Translations under genes and position numbers: made by a program
DNA from: Carcharhinus amblyrhynchos
Taxonomy: Eukaryota
Direction: 5' to 3'
Length of the DNA: 64,000 nt
Assembly (NCBI GenBank): GCA_965287045.1
Contig: OZ336872.1
Span: forward strand, 119,102,001-119,166,000
Shown: piece by piece, positions 53,773 to 64,000 of the stretch
How the letters are laid out: each line of letters begins with the position of its first letter
Position numbering within the stretch: position 1 is the stretch's first letter
Notes under the pieces: generated by a model
What the model was told of the DNA's origin: nothing
Databases searched by the model: none
The model's input: the letters and a program-made list of their open reading frames with translations, nothing else

Positions 53773-54015
53773 TGATGTGGAGATGCCAGCGTTGGACTGG
53801 GGTAAACACAGTAAGAAGTCTCACAGCACCAGGTTAAAGCCCAACAAGTTTATTTGATAGTAAACCCTCTAGCTTTCGGGGTTTGCCCCTTCGTCAGGTG
53901 AGTGAAGAGTTCAGAACTCTTTACTCACCTGACCAAGGGGCAAACCCTGAAAGCTAGTGGGTTTACTATCAAATAAACTTGTTGGGCTTTAACCTGGTGT
54001 TGAGAGACTTCTTAC
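53773..54015. mobile_element. Short Penelope-like palindromic insert with 14-bp target-site duplication
   Basis: TGGGATGACAGACA at 53759-53772 and 54016-54029; near-perfect inverted repeat 53809-54017; related copies at 41862 and 55146. Confidence 0.75.
53864..53903 (-). ncRNA. Minimal type I hammerhead ribozyme motif, core intact
   Basis: Minus strand ACUCAC-CUGACGA-A-GGGG-CAAA-CCCC-GAAA-GC-UA-GAGGGU: CUGANGA and GAAA boxes, 4-bp stem II, palindromic AGCU in place of stem III, stem I with one mismatch. Confidence 0.68.
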
Positions 54016-54721
54016 TGGGATGACAGACACAGAGAGCCAGAGTCTGACGAATGTTGGACATGTGGGACAGGGGGAAAGAAAAATCATAGCTAGGGAGAGG
54101 TAAGACAATGGGGGAATTTAAACACGAGGAAGAGAATTTTGGATTTGGATCTTTGCGATCTGGTGCCCAACAAGAAGTGGTATGATGGGCAAGTAGCAGT
54201 TGGTACAGAATAAGATATATACATCAATGTATTGAATGAGGTAATATTCACAGTGATAAAGGCCATCAGGACCAACATCGTATAAATTTAAAAGTCTCAG
54301 CCTTGTGTTTAAATTCCTCCATACCTTTACCCTTTCCTATTCCTGTAACATTCCTCATCCCTACAAACCCCATGTTTCTCCAACTATAGTCATTCCTGCC
54401 TGTCCCCTTTAATACACCGTCAGTGGCTGTGCCTTCCACTGCCGAGCCAGGACTGCATTGCACCGACTGAGTCAGAACTAAACCATCAATGACGGATTCA
54501 GCGATGGATTTGGCAATGGATGGGCTAAAGGTGAGGCGAGTTGCACGATGGTACGCACATGAAATTAGCGAGTCTTTGTGATGAAGAAGATATGAAATCA
54601 AAAGTTCAGCTCAGGGTGAAACAGAATATGAGGCTGCATCAGTCTGCTTCAGCCTGAGGCACTGGCTGGAGAGGGGAAAGGGATAATGGCAAAGTAGTTA
54701 GTATTGGGATCAGAATCAATA

Positions 54722-54834
54722 GGTGGAATTTTCCAGTTCTGCTCATCACATGAATCATAATGAGCGGGACAAGAACATGCAAAAGTCCGTTGACTTTAGG
54801 CAGGATTTTCCAGTCATGGCCGGAAATTCCCACC
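54722..54834. mobile_element. MITE-like element of the same TIR family
   Basis: ggtggaattttcc ... ggaaattcccacc. Confidence 0.6.
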
Positions 54835-55145
54835 CAATATCTTCTCAACATTTAGCTGGTTCAAATAAACAGCCCACCCTGACAAACATAAAAATAGATC
54901 TGAACAAGGTAATCCATCCAATCCAATTCTCTTCCCGAGCCTATTGGTGTACTAAGACAGACTTTTGTCCATTTGCAAAGCTAGTAATTCCTGGAGCAGA
55001 TCGCTGTCTGTGGCCGGGGGCATATAGCTCGAGGGGCCCCACTCCACATCAAGCACGGCTAATCAGGGGTCTCTCCCGATCTTACCGCCAGCCATTAGTG
55101 CATTAGAAGGTTTGCAGGTTGACGCATTTCACCTGTTTGACCATG

Positions 55146-55237
55146 GTAAGAAGTCTCACAACACCAGGTTAGAGTCTAACAGGTTTGTTTGGAATCACAA
55201 GTTTTCAGAGCACTGCTCCTTCCTCAGGTGAATGCAA
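55146..55237 (-). mobile_element. Single-arm copy of the same Penelope-like repeat, 12-bp TSD, hammerhead-like motif at 55195-55231
   Basis: TGTTTGACCATG at 55134-55145 and 55238-55249; minus strand UCAC-CUGAGGA-AGGAG-cagug-CUCU-GAAA-ACUU-GUGA. Confidence 0.7.
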
Positions 55238-55801
55238 TGTTTGACCATGTTATGAAAGCACCTTCCTTGGCCATCAAGTTCTAGGGGCAGTTGAAACTAG
55301 AGCTTCTGACTCTAAGGTAGGGATGCTATCACTGTACCACAAGGCCTCCTCAGAAGAGGGTAAAGTTGCCTCTATTTGGTCTCAATATTACCTCTGCCTC
55401 AGAAGTACAGCCTCAATCTCCACACCTTTATGTGTTTTTTTTCCAGTGGACATTATTAAATTATAGACATTTCTATGTAATGGACTTACATACACTAAGA
55501 ACATTGTCTAGTCTATACTGAAGTCTTTACACCTTGAACTTTGAGAACCACCAGAGAAAGGATTCTATTATCAGTATGGGCCGAGTCCAAATCAGCGGTC
55601 ACAGATGGAAATACTATTAACTCATGCACAAAATACCCTCTATGAAGATTGCTTGAGCCATTTGCTTCCTGAGCTACTATCAACAACAATTCAAAGAACT
55701 GACCACAAACAAACCCGCTTGTATCCTGTTGTTCATGCATTCTTTGGGGAAATCAACAAGAGTCACAGCAAATGGTGAGGAGAATAAAGATGGGCACTCA
55801 C

Positions 55802-55955
55802 AGATGAATGGCTTGACACTGCTGTGGATGTGCTTGTGCTGCTTGAGACCTGAGGAGGTGGCGAATGTCTTTCCGCATTCTGGACAGGCATGGGCCCGAG
55901 CACCGACATGCTGAGAGCGAATGTGTCTCTGTAGATTGCTGGGGTCCGTAAAAAC
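55802..55955 (-). CDS. MECOM: MECOM exon, 154 nt (157 with the upstream AG): rest of ZF4 and ZF5
   Basis: ccccagcag|GTT TTT ACG...TTC ATC T|gtgagt; [51 protein letters not shown]; phase 0 start matches the previous exon. Confidence 0.96.
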
Positions 55956-58479
55956 CTGCTGGGGAATAGGAAAGAAATCTGATGCAGGGAGATGAAGCAA
56001 ACCAGTCTTTAGTTTATGGACATCAAGTACAGCTTTTCACACCAACATGGAGATCAGTTTTGGTTCACACCATTTTATTTTAACACCATCTCATTGAGTT
56101 GGCTTCATTTTCATTCTGTATTTAGCATGTTCTCCCTTTCATGCCTGCTTTGCCAGTTGTGAAGACCTTTTACCTGGAGTTGTACAGAAAGGAAAATTTA
56201 TAATTTTTAAAACATGTCTGTGAAGTCTGTTTGTAAGAATATTCGAAAGGGACCTTTCAGAATTTGCACCAGTTATAAAGGAATCAATTGTAAATTTGGG
56301 ATAATAATAAACACAGGTCTGTGTGATTTGGCAACTCTTGACCTGAAAGTGATATCAACAGGAAGGAATCTAAAATACAAAAGTCACATGTTGGCAGGCA
56401 CAAAAGAGCTGGAGGCAGAAAGCGATCAGCATACAGATACAGAAACCCATGGAAGTATTACGTGAGCAGGCTGGAAGGTCTGAAACCCGTAAAGCTACGT
56501 GAATAGTTTGGTGGCACTAAACAGCTGGGTGGTTTGCCAGAAGTGCAAATGCCAAAACATTGATATAGCATTTGGGGTGAACGGGATCAAAGGTTATGGG
56601 GAGAAAGCAGTATCAGGCTATTGAGTTGGACTGTCAGCCATGATCGTGAAGAATGGTGGAACAGGCTCAAATGGCCTCCTCCTATCTTTAACATCTCTAT
56701 GCAAGTGGCCAAACCATGAACCAAGGTGTTATTGGTTGGTCAGTCGAACTGGAACTCTGGGGAACTACACATCAGGACTGCTGTGAGCTGAGGGAGAGAG
56801 GGTTTGTAGATGTGGTTTTTGCTAATGATTATAGTACTGATGAAACACAAGGTTGAAAGCTATTGTCAGACAGGATAATTAGCCTACCCTGTGTGAATGA
56901 AGAATAGCACATTGTGAAACTACATAGTTACGTCACGTGATACATGTCATTTAGAATGGCCAATGCACCTAATCAACATGTCCTTCACATTGTGGGAGGA
57001 AACCAGAGCCCCCAGGGGAAACCCACGCAGACACAGGGAAAACATGCAGTCTCCACCAGAAGGTGACCCAAGCCAGGTCTCTGGCACTGTGAGGCAGCAG
57101 TACTAACCACTGTGCCACCATTCCAGAAGTGCAAATGCCAAAACATTGATATAGCATTTGGGGTGAATGGGATCAAAGGTTATGGGGAGAAAGCAGGATT
57201 AGGCTATTGAGTTGGACTGTCAGCCATGATCGTGAAGAATGGTGGGTTTCCATGAAATATCTTTGTTGGATAGAATATTGAAAGTAAAATTAACCTTTTT
57301 ATTTCATTATAATTTGTCTGTTAATTCATGTTCAATTTATGTTGGTTCTAACTTGTGCTTAATACAAGTTACAAAATTGAAATCCTGTTGGGAATTTCTT
57401 CATTTGGAGATCAATCGGTAGATTTGATTATTTTTGGTTTATAGTTTTCCCCACAGGGATTGTAATGCAATGCAATAGGACCACAAATCCTTAGCTTAAG
57501 AAACAGTCTTGGACGTATTTTTTTTAAGTATCAGGTTTCACTTTAAGAACTCATCCAAAAAGTAAGCTTAAATGAAATCAGTCTTAAGCATGAAAACAAA
57601 GGCATTTGAGAAAACTGATGAGACATTTACTGTAACATCTAGTCTATCTTCATGCTGAATCCACACTCTCAGAATATAGAATCACAAACTGCATTTTGAT
57701 GATTTGTTGCTGTGCACTCCCCCTGAGCATTGCCCCCTGCTGGTACAGCAGAATTATCTTTCAAACTTTATTTTGCATTAACTCTCTGAATAAAGGACTA
57801 ATGTTTTTTTTCAAATACCTACAAGTCTGTGAACGCGCAGGTATAAATCGAAGGATTTGGAACCTGGACTTTACAGCACATTAAACACATTGGGGTAGAT
57901 GTTGACCTTGTGCGATAACATAAAGCAGGTAATTCTGAGTTGACAATCTGTTTTACATCCCCCTACTGATTTCAATAGAAATAAAAATCTAGAGGGATAC
58001 AAAACAGACTGCCGACTTGCAAACATCCAACTTGCATTAACACACTGTTGTGAAAGACAAATACTTATCTTGCTGTTTGGAAACTACAGTTCTGAGCAAG
58101 CCTTGGGAGTTTACACACTAACTGGCTGCACATGCGAAGGTTGTTGGTTCCAGGTACGCGCTGGCCAGGAAGGGAGTTGCACCTACACAACTAGTGGATT
58201 TTCTTGTCTTCGGACTAAAGACTAGCCCTCCACAAAAGTCAAACGGCGCAGAACAGCAGGCCAGGTGACCTGAAGGAGCACTTCTAGGAGGAAGGTGTCC
58301 CAAGGAGGATGACACGGGGAGGGGGACAGGGAAAAAGTTTCAAACCAAGAAGGTCCCAAATCAGGGAATGGGTCAGAAAGAGGTCCCAGAAGACAATCCC
58401 AAGTAAGGGACTAAGATAGGCATCAGAGATAGGTCCCATTAAGTCAATACAAATGAGACAACATGGTGCACAGTGACAC

Positions 58480-58776
58480 GGAATGGTGGCACAGTGGTTA
58501 GTACTGCTGCCTCACAGTGCCAGAGACCGGAGTTCGATTCCTGGCTTGGGTCACCTTCTGGTGGAGACTACGTGTTTTCCCTGTGTCTGCGTGGGTTTCC
58601 TCTGGGGGCTCTGGTTTCCTCCCACAGAGTGAAGGACATGTTGATTACGTGCATTGGCCATTCTAAATTCCCCCTCGGTGTACCGGAATAGGGCCAGAGT
58701 GTGGCGACTAGGGGAATTCCTCAGTAACTTCACTGCAGTGTTAATGTAAGCCTATTTGTGACTAATAAATAAACTT
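58480..58776 (+). mobile_element. V-SINE-like SINE with alternative 3' tail
   Basis: ggtggcacagtggttagtactgctg...gcagtgttaatgtaagcctatttgtgactaataaataaac. Confidence 0.85.
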
Positions 58777-59132
58777 AAAAAAAAAAGGATTTGAGCAAAA
58801 CACTCCAACTTGAATTATGGGGAGCAGGTTTGAAGCCAAATAGTTTAAGAGAAGCCCTGCAAATCTGAAGAGGCAGCTGAAGTTTGAGAAACAGTGTAGG
58901 AGAACAAACATTAATGTATTTATGATAATTCTTTGGAGGTTTAAATTCTGTTCATCATACCTATTACATGTGTTGTTTGGGTTTTGGTTCAAATGTGCAA
59001 ATTTGTGGTGTTAAGTTCTTGCAAAGAGTGTGTTAAGCCATTATAAAGAAACTTTCACTGTCCCAGAGCTGTCTGTCTTCTGAGGGGAATAGTGCTACAA
59101 AATGTGAATCCTCACCTTGGAATTCAGGAACT

Positions 59133-59470
59133 AGAAATCATAGAAGCTCTTCAGTACAGAGAGAGGCCATTTGGCCCATTGAGTCTGCACCAACCACAAT
59201 CCCACCCAGGCCCTACCCATGTCCCTACATATTTTACCCGCTGATCCCTCTAACCTACACTATATTAAGAGGCAATTTTAGCATGGTCAATCAACCTAAC
59301 CCGCACATCTTTGGACTATGGGAGGAAACCAGAGCACCCGGAGGAAACCCACGCAGACACGAGGAGAATGTGCAAACTCCACACAGATACGTGACCCAAG
59401 CCAGGAATCGAACCCAGGACCCTGGAGCTGTGAAGCAGCAGTGCTAACCACTGTGCTACCGTGACGCCCA
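59133..59470 (-). mobile_element. HE1/V-SINE-like SINE
   Basis: Reverse-complement copy with full head and core. Confidence 0.88.
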
Positions 59471-61555
59471 CCCACTACAATTCCTAGTAGGCCAGGGGAT
59501 TCCTTCACATGCGCAGTTCATTGATTGCAGGCATGCGCTGACTGGGAAAACAGCACATAATCGTACATGTGTCGTTATGGTTTTTATCGTCACCCCTACG
59601 CAAATGCAGAGAAGTTAAAAAAAGTGCAAAACAACAACTCAAGTGACCTGAAGAATGACACCATTAGAAGAAAGGTGTCCCAAGGAGGACATGGGGAGCG
59701 TAGTGCGGGGAGAAAGTCCCAAACCAAGAAGGGGGTCCCTATTCAGAGACTGGGACTGAAAGAAGTGCCAGAAAAAAGGATCAGGGATAGATCCCATTAA
59801 GTCAAGATAAGCTCCAAGAGTAAAATGTTCCAATTTAAAAAAAAAGAGTTGCAGGGAACAGACTTGAAGCAAAGTGGTCTCCATCGAAGCAATGAAGATC
59901 TGAAGAAGCACTAAAAGGTTGGTGACTCCTTACTCCAGGCCTCTGGAGCCACGGTGTTCTGCTCGGCATGGCCAAAGGTCTGAAGTTGCGCTTCAAAGAT
60001 AAACATCCAGTGTACGTGGAGATCCAAGAGGCAAGGCCTTCAAAAGGTGAGATTAAAACCCTGGAAATGTACAATGACTGTGGCTGGTGAGAGCGAAATG
60101 TGGGGGAAAGTTCCCAATGAAATTCAAACTTGGAGATTTGGAACCCTCATGAGGACCAAAATAAAAGGGCAAGCGTCAAGGTATCGCCAAATGCTATGGC
60201 ATTTTGTCAATATTTCATGCCATCATTGAGAGGTGGGGCCTAAACATGCCAGCAAAGCCTGACTGCCTGACTAGAGTAAAAAGGTAGCCCTCCCCCCCCT
60301 CCCCCAACCCCACCACATGGGGATCAGAGGCTCTCTTTTCCACCCCCCTCACTGGCAATCAAAGCTAGCCTCTGCTCTGCATGATCACGGTTGCATCTCT
60401 CCGTCGCCAGCCACCCTCCTCATGATTGACACCGGCATCACCGTCTCCTTCCCTTTTCCTTTTCCCATTGACAGGGTTGGATTCTGCCACCATCCCATCC
60501 TCCCATTTCCCCCACCCCCGCTGCCCACAAACAACCACCACCAGCATCAGACCTTTCCTGCCACCAAGCAATCAATGCCACCAACCCCTTAGCTGCCATA
60601 TCCATTCTCATCCACGACCACAAATAAATGAATCCCCCCTCATGAAGCTCCCAAAAGGGTCTGTCATGGCAGAATGCCATCTCCCCAGAGATAATTGCAT
60701 TTCTTGATTCTCTCCAGATTTTAGCCCACATTGCCATGCTCTCTGATGATGAACACCCCCAGAATTCCAGTGAGACTTCTTGTTTTATGGGGTGGCAAGT
60801 GTCTGCGTGTGTTGTTGAGAAATCCAAGGAATCAGCTTAGGTTGCATTTGTCATTTACTTTAGAGTGTGGTGTGTTTGTCCACTTCTCGCCAGTTGGTTC
60901 ACACATATTGCACATGTACCCCTAGCATTACAGCATAATGTTAGACATGGTGAATTGTTTTATCTTAGCAAACTTGTGTGTCTATAAAGATATTACGGAG
61001 GTGACTACCCAAATTATTTTCTTTCTGGTGAAATGTGGTTCATTTTCTTTACTCTGTGTTAAACGGTCATCAAAAGACTCCTGTGAATTTGTTCAATAAT
61101 TTACCCTCATTGTTAAAAAAAAGGTAGAATCTATCAAATCACATTTCACCATGGGATTGGACTTGTCCAAAAGTAACTGGACAACACAGTCAAAATCTAC
61201 CTCATTTTTGCCTGGGAAATGGTCTTCACTTTTGGATAGAGAAAAGATTTACCCTTAACAATGTTTTTAATACTTCTGCAAGTATTTTATGAATTATAAA
61301 TGAATACTGAAATGTCACATTTGCATTAAAAATCCAAATCTCTCTGGTACACTGCTGGGATTTTAATGTCTCGCTTGAGGTCAATGGACTTGCCCATTGT
61401 CCACCCCTTGCTCACTCTGGGGCAGTAGAATTATGGAGACTCTCTCTTCTTAATCAAATTCCTTTTACAGAATGCGGCATACTTTTTGAATTTCCAACTC
61501 TTTTTTTTCCACGCGCCTAAGAGCTATTTAAAATATAAAGCATTGAAATCCTTCA

Positions 61556-61717
<162 letters not shown>

Positions 61718-62374
61718 TCAGTAAAAGAGAGCTTGTCATCCTTTTCTCTAGGGGAAAGACACGAGTTATCACTGGCTTCGACTTGTCATCACCCAGAACC
61801 AGCATGTGGGAGACCAAAAGCTTTTCACTTCATCACCTTTCTCAGTGTAAAATGGGATACTAGTATTGTAGAATCAAAAAATTATCAAAAATTTACAACA
61901 CAGAAGGAAGTCACTCATATGAGGAGGGGTGATGGCCTAATAGTATTATCACTAGATTATTAATCCAGAGACTCAGCTAATGTTTTGGCGACCCAGGTTC
62001 AAATCTTGCCACAGCAGATGGTGGAAAGTTTTAAAATTTATTAATTAGGCTTACATTTAGTAGGCTTACATTAACACTGCAATGAAGTTGCTGTGGAAAT
62101 AACAACTCTGCTCCACCCTACAATTTTATACACTTCAATTTAAGTCACCTCTCAACTTCCTCTGTTCCAAGGAAACAACCCAATCTATCCAATCTTTCCC
62201 CATGACTAACATTTTCCAGACACAGAAACATCCTCCTAACAAAAAAAAAGACAGAAACACTCAACAGTTCAGGCAGCATCTGTGGAAACAGAAACAGAGT
62301 TCATGGCTGGAATTTTCCAGCCCCACAGCTGCCTGCAATGGCTTTTCCCATGGCGGATGAGGTTTTGTTTTAAA

Positions 62375-62725
62375 AAGTTCATTGGTGGGACATGAGTTTC
62401 GCTGGCTGGCCAGCATTTATTGCCCACCCCTAGTTGCCTGAGGGCAGCTGAAAGTCAACCACACTGCTGTGGCTCTGATGTCACCTGTAGACCAGATCAG
62501 GTAATGATGGCAGGTTACCTTCCCTAAAGGACATTAGTGAACCAGATGGCTTTTTCCAACAGTCGACAATGGTTTCATGTTTGTCAGTAGAGTGTTAATT
62601 CCAGATGTTTTCACTGAATTCAAATTCCACCATCTGCCATGGTTGGATTCGAACCTGGGTCCCCAGGACATCAGCTGAGTTTCTGGATTAATAGTCTAGC
62701 AACAAAATCACTAGGCCATTGCCCC
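62375..62725 (-). mobile_element. Second SINE family copy, nested in a MITE-like element (about 62304-62867)
   Basis: Closely similar to 44108-44447; flanks carry ggctggaattttcc and gaaaattctgtcc ends. Confidence 0.8.
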
Positions 62726-64000
62726 GCTCACTAATGGCCATCAGCAGGATCTTCCAGTCCCACCAAAGTCAATGACAATTTGCATGACTCGCCCGTCCTG
62801 CAGGAGGGGTTAACTTCAGCGGCATCGGAAGAACCTACCAGCAGGAAAAGGTTAGAAAATTCTGTCCAACATTTCAGGTCAACATGACCTTTATAAATCT
62901 CCTTTGCACAATCACATCTTTCTCAAAGTGAACTGTATGCAGTCCTCAAGCAGTGGTCTAACTAGCTTTCTAAATGAAACAAAATCGTTAAAATCAGTTT
63001 CTTTCAATTCTTTGCCCTTCAATGGCTTAGCCACCCCTGACGGCTTCCCCTACATCACCAAACATGAGCTTAGATGGTGTAAGAAGATGGGAGTTAGGAG
63101 CAGGAGAAGGCCATTTAACCCAATTTGCCACTCAAAAATCTACTTAAGTGGCATTTGATTTTCTTTGCAGTTCTGAGCAAGAATTTGCAAAGTCGTGACA
63201 GAAAGATTGAGCAGCTTTGAACTGATCGTGGGACATAATAAAGTTATTCCAGAGACACCATTCCTGCTCCAGTCAGATACAAGTAAAGAGCTACCATCCA
63301 GCTTTCTCTAACAGTGTTTATTGGTTTATTCTCCTGGTGAATTCTGCTGAGCAATAAAGGAAGCATTGTATATGTACCACTTTTTAAGACTTCAATTCTA
63401 AACAAAAGTAGCTGCTAAGCTGCCAGTCAACTGTTTCCTTGTGACTAGGCCCCACCTGCATCCAGTATGTCAGCAGTGAATGATCTTAGTCCTGCCCAGG
63501 CTGCTGATTGACAAGTTGAAAATTTCACATTCCTGTAGCTCTAGGATTCTAGACAGAATTGAAAGTGGATTGTTTTGGCTTAGGGTGCTTCAGAAGCATT
63601 TGAAACGTAAATAAAGAAGGGCTTTAATGCCTGGCAGTCAACACCACTGGACTTGCTGTCAAAATACCTACTCCACACATCTTATCAGCAATAGAGAATG
63701 TGATTTTAAAAAATAGACTAACTTTCAAACCAATAAGAGGGCAAAATATTTTAAAATACTACGAACGTAATGAAAACCTTCCCAATGATATAATTTACCT
63801 ACTTCCATCTGTCTATGGCACCTCAATCCTGCCTACCTGACTGCATATTCCCTCTGCGTATGGAATAATTCTAAGATTCAGCCAGTCCAAGAGTGAAGAT
63901 CTCGTTTCCTGAGCATTTCACAAGCAGTGCTGGCAACACAAACTAGAATGACATAGCTATTTTTATTGAACACAATTGAGAGGTGTCAATGTTTGTTGAT

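Overview
Vertebrate DNA, most likely from a shark, judged from HE1/V-SINE-like, Deu-domain SINE-like and CR1-like repeats. The whole window lies inside one minus-strand gene, MECOM (EVI1/PRDM3). Nine coding exons can be read with GT-AG boundaries and consistent phases (148, 154, 1360, 88, 27, 167, 78, 170 and 145 nt; 2337 nt total). They encode the end of zinc finger 2 through finger 7, both CtBP motifs (PFDLT, PLDLS), the 9-aa 'Rp9' microexon, fingers 8-10 and the start of the C-terminal region. The 5' and 3' exons were not found and presumably lie outside the window. Introns contain SINEs, decayed LINE fragments, MITE/hAT-like elements and a 136-N assembly gap. The most notable observations are: (1) short, TSD-flanked, palindromic Penelope-like inserts carrying minimal hammerhead ribozyme motifs, one with an intact core on the MECOM pre-mRNA strand; (2) two complex locally templated inverted insertions; (3) splice features (Rp9 microexon, a NAGNAG acceptor inside finger 4, absence of the mammalian delta324 acceptor); (4) a RUNX/C-EBP motif cluster. 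Repeat family names come from recall, not a database search, and repeat boundaries are approximate unless TIRs or TSDs are quoted. Nearly all ORFs in the supplied track are spurious or LINE debris.
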